Part shown: positions 30,221 to 40,200 of the stretch, piece by piece
How the letters are laid out: every line of letters starts with the position of its first letter
Position numbering within the stretch: position 1 is the stretch's first letter
Source: an uncultured Bacteroidales bacterium
GTDB taxonomy: Bacteria; Bacteroidota; Bacteroidia; Bacteroidales; JALTDM01
Reading direction: 5' to 3'
DNA length: 64,000 nt
Assembly (NCBI GenBank): GCA_964421355.1
Contig: CAYQWX010000004.1
Coordinates: forward strand, 442-64,441
The notes under the pieces: model-generated
What the model saw: only the letters and a program-made list of their open reading frames with translations
Databases searched by the model: none
Told to the model about the DNA's origin: nothing
Made by a program: the position numbers and the translations under genes

Positions 30221-30814
30221 ATGAATACTTTTCAAAATAAACAAGAAGATATAGAACTGATAAATCGCATAAAAAATGGGGATGATAGTGCTTTTGAGAT
30301 TTTGTTAAAAAAATACCAAAAGACAATACATTTTACAGTAACCAACATTGTAAAAGATGAAATTGTTGCCGAAGATATTGTGATGGAAACGTTTTTGAGA
30401 GTCTTTAAGAATATAAATAATTACAATCAAAAATTTTCGTTTACTACTTGGATTTTTTCTATTGCCACTAATCTTGCAATAGACCACACACGAAAAAAGA
30501 AACATATACGCTTTAAATCAAGTGATGAGGAAGACGGTTCATTTGGAGTTTTTTTAGATTCCATTGCAAGCAAAACAGCCGAATCTCCTGATAAAAAGTT
30601 AATAGATAGCAACAGAGCAGCTTTTGTAAAAACATTACTTGGCAAGCTAAAACCAGATTACCGTATAGTAATGGAACTTAGGTATTTTGAAGACATGTCT
30701 TATAAAGAGATTGCCGAAGAATTGGGAGAAAGCATTTCTTTTGTAAAAACAAAACTACACCGTGCAAAAAAACAATTAAAGAAAATCCTTAAAAACTTTG
30801 ATGAACAAATCTAA
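30221..30814 (+). CDS. ECF-type RNA polymerase sigma-70 factor
   Basis: Region 2 reads FEILLKKYQKTIHFTVTNIV...ETFLRVFKNINNY...FTTWIFSIATNLAIDHTRKKK. Region 4 reads MSYKEIAEELGESISFVKTKLHRAKKQLK. The ATG at 30221 is preferred over the in-frame TTG at 30209. Confidence 0.85.
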   Translation: MNTFQNKQEDIELINRIKNGDDSAFEILLKKYQKTIHFTVTNIVKDEIVAEDIVMETFLRVFKNINNYNQKFSFTTWIFSIATNLAIDHTRKKKHIRFKSSDEEDGSFGVFLDSIASKTAESPDKKLIDSNRAAFVKTLLGKLKPDYRIVMELRYFEDMSYKEIAEELGESISFVKTKLHRAKKQLKKILKNFDEQI

Positions 30815-30920
30815 TAGTAAAATAATAATGGTAGCATATAACTTTAATGTTGAAAAAAAAGACCGTTTTAAGATATTGGGCTTATTATAATATCTAATTA
30901 TTCTCTTACCATATATTTCT

Positions 30921-32138
30921 TTATATTCTATTTAACGGACTTGTCATACACCTTGCACCTCCACTTCCTCTTGCCAATTCATTGCCAGGAAAGGCAATTA
31001 CATATTTTTCAATGCTATTAAGATTATAATTATCAATATCTTCAGCGTTTATTATTTCATATCCATGAGCAGCTAATGCTTTTAATGTATTTGAGTTTCT
31101 ATTATAGCCTAATATTTTCCCATTATCCACAGCAAAAAAGTTTGCTCCACTGTGCCATTGTTCACGAGGAGCATGTAGCGGATCGTCATTACCACAATAT
31201 ATGTGTGTTAAATCAAATCCTTTTTCTTTAAGAGCTGTCAATAAATTTGGTGTCTCTATTTTACTTATTATTTTACCGTTTTCTGCTTCTATAGCAAAGG
31301 CGTTATATTTTAAATTGTCAAACACAGGTTTATATATCATACATTCTTTATCAGATAATACGGTAAATATCATATCCAAATGAATATATGATTCCAACTC
31401 GGTAGGTAGTGCCTGCACTATATAAGTGTGCTTTTTGTTTTTAGAAGTATTTTTTATAATAAAATTTATGCCTTCCCAATTGGTACGCAAACCATTACCT
31501 ATAAGAGTTATATCTTTATTGAAAATATGTATATCACCACCTTCAAATTTCAGATTTCCAACATAATTGTTTGCATCCAATACCTTTGAAGCATCTACCT
31601 TTATCCTGGGATGATATTTAAACACAATTTTGGCAATAATAGATTCTTTTGCTCTTATTTTAGATGCCATTTTGGGAATAAGAACAAAGTCATTATGCAC
31701 TATTGCAATATCCCGAGTAAAAAATAAGTTATATGCAGGTGTAATTAAAAAGTTTTCCTTTGCTTCTATAGGGTATCCTTCTATAATGGTAGTAGCAAGT
31801 TGGGAACTATCCATTTCTTGTAAGACATATACTGTTTTATTGTCTAATTGATGTAAATCTTTTATTTCGTTTATTATTTCCTTTTTTGCTTCGATATTTT
31901 CCAAACTTTCTGCCAACAATGTCCGTATTTCCAATACTTGTGTATGTGCTTGCAGGGCTTTTCTAAAAAGAGAATATTCTTGTGATGCTATATTAAGGTT
32001 AAGAATGTCACTATACAATGCTTCTTTGATTGAAAACGGTGTCATTTTCTCTATTTCGTGTCCAGGAAAATGGGTAATAACCGCATTTAATCTACCCGAT
32101 TCAGAAGAAACATTAGGAGTTATATCTTGATTAATCAT
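30921..32138 (-). CDS. arcA: Arginine deiminase family protein (guanidino-group modifying fold)
   Basis: 405 aa. The N-terminus reads SESGRLNAVITHFPGHE. The catalytic Cys lies near the C-terminus in GSGGARCMTSPL. Confidence 0.65.
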   Translation of the reverse strand: MINQDITPNVSSESGRLNAVITHFPGHEIEKMTPFSIKEALYSDILNLNIASQEYSLFRKALQAHTQVLEIRTLLAESLENIEAKKEIINEIKDLHQLDNKTVYVLQEMDSSQLATTIIEGYPIEAKENFLITPAYNLFFTRDIAIVHNDFVLIPKMASKIRAKESIIAKIVFKYHPRIKVDASKVLDANNYVGNLKFEGGDIHIFNKDITLIGNGLRTNWEGINFIIKNTSKNKKHTYIVQALPTELESYIHLDMIFTVLSDKECMIYKPVFDNLKYNAFAIEAENGKIISKIETPNLLTALKEKGFDLTHIYCGNDDPLHAPREQWHSGANFFAVDNGKILGYNRNSNTLKALAAHGYEIINAEDIDNYNLNSIEKYVIAFPGNELARGSGGARCMTSPLNRI

Positions 32139-32163
32139 AGTTTTCTAACTTAATTTATTATTG

Positions 32164-32171
32164 CAAAAATA
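32164..32171 (-). promoter_or_regulatory. -7 box candidate on minus strand (TATTTTTG)
   Basis: Plus-strand caaaaata, 26 nt upstream of the start at 32138. Confidence 0.35.
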
Positions 32172-32183
32172 ATATTTTTTCGG

Positions 32184-32702
32184 TTATTTTCTCACTTTTT
32201 CTATAAGACCGTAAACCACAGCTAATCCCAATATCCATGTGATAAGAGTGCTTATAAAAGTTTTTAGAAAAACAGATAAAATAAGAGTAAGGTCAAAAGC
32301 ATCTATTAAATACAACACAAAAGAATGTAGCATGATTATAGTAACGGAATATTTAATAAACCAATTTATTCCATAAGTACCGGGATATAAAAACTTGTTA
32401 TCATCATATTTTGACAATGGTGTGTAAAGAGATAATATAACAGGGCGAACAAAAGCAACAAATACGGTAGCAAAAGAATGTATTCCAATGGTACCTGAAA
32501 AAATATCCTGAATACTACCTATCACAAATGCTGATAAGATAAGGAATAAATTAGAAGTATTTGCAGGAAGTGTTATTAAAAAGAAAATGTAAATATATGG
32601 TATGTAATTATTAAAAAACACTATATTGTTGAATACCAGTAGCTGAAAAATAAATAAAATAAAGAAGTTGTACAATATTTCGTCATAAACTTTATTCATC
32701 AA
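32184..32702 (-). CDS. mreD: Rod shape-determining protein MreD
   Basis: 172-aa multi-TM protein whose start overlaps the mreC end by 11 nt. Confidence 0.65.
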   Translation of the reverse strand: MMNKVYDEILYNFFILFIFQLLVFNNIVFFNNYIPYIYIFFLITLPANTSNLFLILSAFVIGSIQDIFSGTIGIHSFATVFVAFVRPVILSLYTPLSKYDDNKFLYPGTYGINWFIKYSVTIIMLHSFVLYLIDAFDLTLILSVFLKTFISTLITWILGLAVVYGLIEKVRK

Positions 32703-33504
32703 TGGTAGAGTTTTGCAAAAGATTGTTTATTTCTTGTTTATGCCTATTATGTATCACATAAGCATTCGATATTATTTTAAAATTTACGGTAAAACGTATA
32801 GTTATATCGTAAAAGTTTTCCTGTTCTTTCTTTTTTATGTTTTTCACTGTTCCTATCAGAATTCCCGGTGGGAATATTGCTGAAAATCCGGAAGTTACAA
32901 TTGTATCACCTTCGGATACTTTGATATATGTAGGTAGATTTTCTATTTTACCGTATCTATAATCTTTACCGTCCCATTTTACCAAACATGTATAGTTATT
33001 CTTTTTCATTTTAGCACTTACTGCCGTTTTGGTGTTAAGTATAGACAAAACGCTTGAAAAATGAGGTGAAGTTTTGAACACAACTCCTATTATCCCTTGT
33101 GGAGACACCACTGCGGTATTTGGTTGTATGCCATCTACCTGACCTTTGTTTATAAGAAAGAAATTGTTTTCATAAACTAAACTTTTGTATATAATGTTTG
33201 TAGGTATATATTCAAAATAAGCTTCTGTAAAGTTATTGTTTGATTGGAAATATTTTGCCGTAAGCAGGTTTTTTAATTTTGCATTTTCTTTTAATAATGA
33301 TTTGTTTTCCTCTTTTAAATTTAGATATGATGTAATTGAATATACCGTTTCATATATTTTTCCGGTAATATCATTAGAGAAATTATAAAATATTTGTTTT
33401 TGATAAGAATTAAATTCTATTATTAGAAATAGATTAAAAAATTCCAGTAAAAAGAATAATATTGCAAAATAATGTCTTAATATAAAATCTATAAGACTTT
33501 TCAT
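32692..33504 (-). CDS. mreC: Rod shape-determining protein MreC
   Basis: N-terminal TM, coiled coil LKEENKSLLKENAKLKNLL, then beta domains with GIIGVV...SSVLSILN...TSGFSAIFPPGILIGTV. Confidence 0.8.
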   Translation of the reverse strand: MKSLIDFILRHYFAILFFLLEFFNLFLIIEFNSYQKQIFYNFSNDITGKIYETVYSITSYLNLKEENKSLLKENAKLKNLLTAKYFQSNNNFTEAYFEYIPTNIIYKSLVYENNFFLINKGQVDGIQPNTAVVSPQGIIGVVFKTSPHFSSVLSILNTKTAVSAKMKKNNYTCLVKWDGKDYRYGKIENLPTYIKVSEGDTIVTSGFSAIFPPGILIGTVKNIKKKEQENFYDITIRFTVNFKIISNAYVIHNRHKQEINNLLQNSTIDE

Positions 33505-33512
33505 CTGCTTAC

Positions 33513-34169
33513 TTAATCATCATCTCTCAAGTCAACAACTTCTACACCTGGATGTTTTTTCTTGTCAAAAATAAACATACTATCACTGAGTGGCATATTC
33601 TTTTTAAGTCTAAATAATTTTATCAGATATATGTTGCCGTCTTTGTCAAACCTGTCAAATTCGTAAATTTCATTTTTACTTTTATCTATCTTGAGGCGGA
33701 TACGGGAAAATGCTTTATCCTTGTTAGTAGGATATAGGTCTATTACATAAAGAGGTCGTGTGTCTTCAAATCTTTCTTGTATAAAGCGGACTTTAAACCC
33801 GTCTTTGTATATATCAAAAATCTTGGCAGGATTTATTGTTTCATCATCCTCATCATCGGGAGTACTAATATTTACTTCATTAGATTCCTTTATATATGTC
33901 CAAATATTTTTTCCGTCAAAAAATGTTTGGGAGCTTCCCATATCTACTTTATATTTATTGCCTTTAACCCATATTTTACCACCTCTTTTATCACTTACAT
34001 TATCTTGACTGTTTTTTAATTCCAGTCCAAATTCAGCATAAATTGTTTTGTAGGTTTTCATATTTTGGGAAACCTTGTCTAATATCTTTAATGCTTTTGA
34101 ATCGCTTTGTTGTGCAAAGGTGAATAAATAAAATATTGATAATAAAAATGTTAATGATATTTTTTTCAT
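33513..34169 (-). CDS. lolA: LolA-like outer-membrane lipoprotein carrier protein
   Basis: Signal peptide. At 218 aa it has the size and pattern of a LolA-like half-barrel and sits directly downstream of ftsK. Confidence 0.65.
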   Translation of the reverse strand: MKKISLTFLLSIFYLFTFAQQSDSKALKILDKVSQNMKTYKTIYAEFGLELKNSQDNVSDKRGGKIWVKGNKYKVDMGSSQTFFDGKNIWTYIKESNEVNISTPDDEDDETINPAKIFDIYKDGFKVRFIQERFEDTRPLYVIDLYPTNKDKAFSRIRLKIDKSKNEIYEFDRFDKDGNIYLIKLFRLKKNMPLSDSMFIFDKKKHPGVEVVDLRDDD

Positions 34170-34182
34170 GATTTTTTATTTT

Positions 34183-36525
34183 TTATTTTAATCCTTCCAA
34201 AATTTGTTCCAAATGTGCCACACTGTTTATTAATACTTTTCTAGGTTTTCCGTTTGCCGGAGGACTTACTATTCCTGCAGCTTCAAGTTGGTCCATAATT
34301 TTTCCGGCTCTATTAAAACCAATGGCAAATTTTCTTTGAATCATAGAAGTAGAACCTGATTGTCCTTCTACTACATAATAAGCAACTTCTTCAAATAATG
34401 GGTCTAATTTATCTAAAGATGATTTGCTTGCTTTTGCATCTTCACTCTCTTCTTCTGGTTCGGGCAACACAAATGGAGGTAATCCTCCCTGTTCTTTTAT
34501 AAATGTTACAATGTTTTCCACTTCTTCTGTAGATAGGAATCCACATTGAATACGGGTAAAACCTGCACCTTTTGAGAACAGCAAGTCTCCACGACCTATA
34601 AGCTTTTCTGCTCCGGGAGAGTCTAATATTGTCCTGGAATCTACATTTGAGGTAACTCTAAATGCTATACGTGCGGGGAAATTTGCTTTTATCAGTCCTG
34701 TAATCACATTGGTAGATGGGCGTTGAGTAGCAATAATCATGTGCATACCTATTGCCCTTGCTTTTTGTGCTATACGTGCAATTGGCATTTCTATTTCTTT
34801 TCCTGCCATCATTATCAAATCGGCAAACTCATCTATTACTACCACTATGTATGGTAAAAAGTGATGACCTTGTGCAGGAGATAATTTTCTGTTAAAAAAT
34901 TTTTCGTTGTATTCTTTTATGTTTCTTACTTTAGCTTTTTTCAATAGTTGATAACGGTCTTCCATTTCTTTTACCAGTGACAGCAACGCTTGTTTTACAT
35001 TATCGGTATCGGTAATTACATAATCGTCTAAATCAGCCTCTATTGTTGCCAAAAAATGCTTTTTCAAATCATTATATAAAGAAAACTCTACTTGCTTGGG
35101 GTCTATCAGTACTAATTTAAGTTGTGTGGGGTGTTTTTTATAAAGGAGCGATGCTATTATTGCATTTAGTCCTACAGATTTTCCTTGTCCAGTTGCTCCT
35201 GCTACCAACAAGTGAGGTAAGGTAGCCAAATCAAAGGTAAATATCTCATTATAAATAGTTTTTCCGAGAACCACAGGCAGTTCAGCTTCCATCTTTTGAA
35301 AAAGATTAGAACCAATAAGTGATTTCATAGAAACTATACGAGGAGTTTTATTTGGCACTTCTATACCGATAGTATCTTTACCTCTGATAGGAGCTATTAT
35401 CCTTATGCCTAAGGCGGAAAGACTTAATGCTATATCGTTTTCAAGATTTTTTATACGACTTATTTTTATGCCAGGAGCAGGTTTTATTTCGTACATTGTT
35501 ACGGTAGGACCAACACTTGCAGAAATTTTAACTATTTCAATATTATAATTCTTTAACGTTTCAATTATTCTTTCTTTGTTTTCGTTTACTTCTGCCTCGT
35601 TTACAGTATTTTCTTGCGTATAATCTTTAAGTAATGATAATGTAGGGAATTTATAATTGGATAATTCCAATGTTGGGTCAAACATTGTATCTACGGTAAA
35701 ATGGTCACCGTCTTTCACTTCTATTTTTTCATCTTCCAATATGTTTATCTCAAAATCAGTTTCTTCTGCTTTTTTATTTGTTCCGTTAATATCCGAAGTA
35801 GATTCTTTCTTATCTATTACTTCTATTGTTTCTTCTGTATTCGTAATATCAGGTTTGTACTCACCTTCATTTATTTCAAATGCTTCATCAGGTTGTTTTT
35901 CTACTACAATTTTTGAAGTAGTAGTTTCTTTTTCTATTGGAGTTTTGTCATCTATATTTCCACTGGAAGTATAAAAATAGCTGTATATTTTATTCCACAA
36001 AGGAGTATGGACATTAACAAGTAAAATAAATGAAAATAAAACCCATAGTGAAATAGTTCCGATATGTCCTGCAAAAGATGAAAGCCACAAATTGAGAGAA
36101 TAACCATAAAAACCTCCCAATAAAAATTCTTTATTAGCTATATATAAATCTACATATCCTAATACGGCAGATAACCATATCATAATAACAGTAGTAACAG
36201 TTATAGTATGCTTGTATGAAAAGATTTTTATTTTTAAAAGATTAAGTCCTGTTAGCAATAGCAAAAAAGGTATGCCAAATGCTGCAATTCCTATAAATCG
36301 TGTAATAAGCTTATAACTCAAAAATGCTCCTAGTTTACCGGTAATATTATCTACTGTAATTTGATGTCCAGAAAATACATTTACCCACTCTATATTATCT
36401 GTTTTCCAAGTAAATAAATAAGAAAAAAAAGCAAAAAAAAGATATGTGGAAAAAATTATAAAAGTTACACCTAAAAAGAAAGCTATTTTATTTTTATCAA
36501 TTTTATTTGTTCTCTTTTTTGCCAT
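34183..36525 (-). CDS. ftsK: DNA translocase FtsK/SpoIIIE
   Basis: N-terminal TM helices and an acidic linker. The motor carries Walker A GATGQGKS and Walker B VVVIDEFADL. A C-terminal gamma winged helix reads GSTSMIQRKFAIGFNRAGKIMDQLE. Confidence 0.9.
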   Translation of the reverse strand: MAKKRTNKIDKNKIAFFLGVTFIIFSTYLFFAFFSYLFTWKTDNIEWVNVFSGHQITVDNITGKLGAFLSYKLITRFIGIAAFGIPFLLLLTGLNLLKIKIFSYKHTITVTTVIMIWLSAVLGYVDLYIANKEFLLGGFYGYSLNLWLSSFAGHIGTISLWVLFSFILLVNVHTPLWNKIYSYFYTSSGNIDDKTPIEKETTTSKIVVEKQPDEAFEINEGEYKPDITNTEETIEVIDKKESTSDINGTNKKAEETDFEINILEDEKIEVKDGDHFTVDTMFDPTLELSNYKFPTLSLLKDYTQENTVNEAEVNENKERIIETLKNYNIEIVKISASVGPTVTMYEIKPAPGIKISRIKNLENDIALSLSALGIRIIAPIRGKDTIGIEVPNKTPRIVSMKSLIGSNLFQKMEAELPVVLGKTIYNEIFTFDLATLPHLLVAGATGQGKSVGLNAIIASLLYKKHPTQLKLVLIDPKQVEFSLYNDLKKHFLATIEADLDDYVITDTDNVKQALLSLVKEMEDRYQLLKKAKVRNIKEYNEKFFNRKLSPAQGHHFLPYIVVVIDEFADLIMMAGKEIEMPIARIAQKARAIGMHMIIATQRPSTNVITGLIKANFPARIAFRVTSNVDSRTILDSPGAEKLIGRGDLLFSKGAGFTRIQCGFLSTEEVENIVTFIKEQGGLPPFVLPEPEEESEDAKASKSSLDKLDPLFEEVAYYVVEGQSGSTSMIQRKFAIGFNRAGKIMDQLEAAGIVSPPANGKPRKVLINSVAHLEQILEGLK

Positions 36526-36555
36526 TTAGTTTTTTTATAATTAAAAAAATTTTTA

Positions 36556-36563
36556 CAAAGATA
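36556..36563 (-). promoter_or_regulatory. -7 box candidate on minus strand (TATCTTTG)
   Basis: Plus-strand caaagata, 31 nt upstream of the ftsK ATG (36525). Confidence 0.4.
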
Positions 36564-36732
36564 CTTTATTTTTTGCGAGTATATTTCAGCAAGAAGTTAA
36601 AAAGGAAATATAAAAAATCATCTTAACTAAAAAATAAATATATTGTTAATACTTAATAGCGGTAGTCATTATTTATTTGGTATAAACAAGTTACAATGCT
36701 AATGCTTACAATATTTGTGTAATTAGTTTTTG

Positions 36733-37136
36733 TGGAGCTGCGGGGAATCGAACCCCGGTCCAAGCATAATTTGAATATGCCTTCTACATGCTTAGTCAGT
36801 TTTTGCGTATTCTGTTGCAAACCGGCAAACTGACAAGCCTATTTGCAACATAGCTCCAAAAATGTTTCTTTGCCACCGGAGCAAATGGCAAAGATAAGCC
36901 TGACTTTACGGTAGTACCACCATAAGCATAAGTCATCAGGCAAGGCTTATGCGGTGGCAGCCCGTCCCGCGTCCTTGACACGAGATTAAGCCTTATCCAC
37001 CTTGTGGATTAGGCAGCGAGCGCGAAATTGCCTTCGCCAATTATTGTGTTTGCCGATCAGTTTTACGGGATGATACGGCAATCACCCGGCATGCAGGCAT
37101 ATTCTCCTTATACCTGTCAAAAACCTGGTCAGCCCC
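36733..37136 (-). ncRNA. ssrA: tmRNA (SsrA)
   Basis: On the minus strand the 5' end GGGGCTGACCAGGTTTTTGACAGG pairs with the 3' end GGGTTCGATTCCCCGCAGCTCCA (T-arm plus acceptor). The acceptor carries the G3:U wobble. An internal tag frame GGC GAA GGC AAT TTC GCG CTC GCT GCC TAA lies at 37009-37038. Confidence 0.9.
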
Positions 37137-37251
37137 ATTATTTATCAGAGCGGATATAACTATACGACAACAAAGCAAAAAGGTTGCACAAAAATATTAT
37201 TTTTTAGCAACTAAAAGTATTGTAAATAAGTATAAATGAAAAAATAATACT

Positions 37252-37259
37252 TAATTTTG
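37252..37259 (+). promoter_or_regulatory. -7 box candidate (TAATTTTG)
   Basis: TAnnTTTG 24 nt upstream of the ATG at 37283. Confidence 0.4.
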
Positions 37260-37282
37260 TAAAGATTTGGGACAAAAACAGA

Positions 37283-40200
37283 ATGAAAATAAAAACTTAC
37301 ATATATCTATTTCTCGTTACTTTATTATTTCCAATAGAAAATCTATTTTCTCAAAATGCTTTTATGGAAAATAGAGGTCAGTGGAGAGAACCGTTTTTGT
37401 ACAAAAAGAATTTAACTTATGGTGCAGCGTTCTTTTTTAATGATTCCATAGTATATAATTTTGTGAAACGGGAAGATGTTGCAAAATCTCATGCACACAA
37501 TGAATTTACTTCTAATTTCACAGGAATTTTACATTTACATTCATTTGTAGTAGAGTTTCTAAACAAAAAAGACTCCTGTCGTATTGTTCCTACTGACAAA
37601 CGAGATGATTATCTCAATTTTTTTATTGGAAATAATCCTAAAAAATGGAAATCTCATGTGCCTCACTACAATGAACTTTCTTATAAAAATGTATTTAAAG
37701 ATGTAAATATTAATTTTTATTCAGATGGAAACACTATAAAATATGAATACATAGCATTAAACAGCAAAGCCGTTAGAAACATTAAATATAAGATAAAATA
37801 TGCTAACAAAGTAGAATTAAACAAAGAAGGAGATTTAATAATACATACTTCTGTGAATACAATTACCGAGCCTCTACCTTATGCTTATCAAATGATAAAT
37901 GGAGAGCGAGTACAAATAGGCTGTAAATATGTATTGAAAAAAAACAATATTGTAGAGTTTCAAGTATATAATGTAGTAGATAAAAAACTGCCTATTATAA
38001 TTGATCCATATTTAATATTTTCCACTTATAGTGGTTCTACTGCAGATAATTGGGGCTTCACGGCAACATACGACAGCAAAAATAATGTGTACTCTGGCGG
38101 AATTGTCTTTTCCACAGGTTATCCTACCTCTCAGGGAGCTTTCCAAGTAAATTTTGCAGGAGGTCATGGTTATTCAAGTGGTTATTACCAGTATGGGTGC
38201 GATATCGGAATAATAAAATATAACGAAGACGGAACCCAAAGATTATACGCTACTTATCTTGGTGGTGCAAATAGTGAAGAGTTACCGCACAGTTTGGTTG
38301 TTGACAAAAATGATAATTTGATTGTAATGGGAGTAACCGGTTCTACAGATTTTCCTATTACAAATGGAGCTTATGACAATTCTTTTAATGGAGGCGATAG
38401 TGTAGTTTATGACAATGTAATAGTATTCCAAAACGGAACTGACATATATGTTGCCAAAATAAGCGAAGATGGAGCTAATTTATTGAGTTCTACATATATT
38501 GGAGGGAGTGCCAATGATGGATTTAATTTTAGAAACTCTTACGGTAATAGTAATTTTATAATGGGTGGAGCGGATACAAGTTTGTACTATAATTATGCCG
38601 ATGGAGCCAGAGGAGAAGTAACCGTTGATGATAGTGATTATGTATATATTGCATCTACTACCTTTTCGGCAGATTTTCCTGAAGTAGGAGGTTTCTCTAA
38701 TGGGTATAGAGGCAAACAAGAAGGTATAGCATTAAAATTAAGTCCTGATTTTTCATCTTTGGTATGGAGCGGGTACATATCGGGGAATGATGATGATGCA
38801 TTATATTCGGTAGATTTAGCCAATAATGGAGATGTATATGTAGCAGGAGGAACAAAGTCCACTAATTTACCTGTAATGGTAAATTCGTATCATAGTTATT
38901 TTTCGGGGAAAGTAGATGGATATATTGCCTGTATAAAGGCAGACGGAAGCACATTAAATGCTATTACTTATTATGGTACACAGGCTTATGATCAAATATA
39001 TTTTGTGCGTGTAGATAAGCAAAATCACCCTTATGTAGCAGGTCAAACCGAAGCAGGAGGTAATGCTTTTATTCATAATGTGGTATATTCCAATCCTAAT
39101 AGTGGACAATTCATTTCTAAGTTTACTCCTTTGTTAGATTCCTTAATTTGGAGTACTGCTATAGGTTCAGGAAATGGAAGACCTAATATCTCACTTACTG
39201 CTTTTGAAATAGATGTATGTAACCGTATTTATTTATCAGGTTGGGGCAGAGAATGGGCAATATCAACAACTTCATGGGATACTATACAAGGAACTAAAAA
39301 TATGCCTATTACATCAAATGCATATAGAGATAGTACAGACGGACAAGATTTTTATTTAATGGTAATGGACGGAGATGCTACCTATTTGGATTATGCCACT
39401 TATTTTGGAGAATATCATTATTCTTCATGTGGTTATAGTGGACACGATCATGTGGACGGTGGCACAAGCCGTTTCAATAAAAGAGGAAATATTTGTCAAG
39501 CAGCATGTGCAAGTTGTGGTGGGTGTCAGCATTTTCCCACTTATCCGAATAATGTTTGGTCCACTAGCAACAATGCATCAAATTGTAACAATGCAGTATT
39601 TGAATTTTCTTTTGTAGATGATATAGTTACGGCAGAATTTAATGTTCCTCATATTTGTCCGGGAGATACAATACACTTTCAAAATAATAGTCATAATGCA
39701 GTATCTTATTCTTGGAACTTTGGGGATGGAACACCGCTTGACACAAATGCTAGTCCCTCGCATTATTATTCTACTCCGGGAACATATACAGTAATGTTGG
39801 TAGCTTCCAACTCTGGTTCATGTAATATGAAAGATACTATTTATAGAGAAATAACCATTCCGGAACCATTAAATATAACCACTTCCGTGTCTCCAATGAT
39901 TTGTGGCAATATGGGAAGTGCTGAGGTAAATGTAACGGGAACAAGTTTACCTGTAACATATCAATGGAGCAACGGGGCAACAACTTCAAATATAAGCAAT
40001 GTGCAAGCAGGCACTTATATTTTGACTATTACAGATGCAAATAATTGTCCTGTAGTGCTACAAGTAAATGTGCCCGACAGTTCTTATAATGTTAGTTTAA
40101 GTGGCGAAGCAACCAATCAACCTTGTACGGGAAAATGTTTGGGAACAGCTTCGGTAGAATTATCAGGATTTCATAACCCTTATTCTTTGATGTGGAATAC

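Noticed and set aside
36796-36981. 61-aa minus-strand ORF in a GC-rich patch
   Set aside because: It lies entirely inside the tmRNA gene, in pseudoknot regions. The only translated part of tmRNA is the short tag frame at 37009-37038.
36526-37282. Possible genomic island integrated at ssrA
   Set aside because: No integrase, no direct repeat of the tmRNA 3' end and no compositional break were seen. Flanking genes are ftsK on one side and a T9SS cargo with its own promoter on the other.
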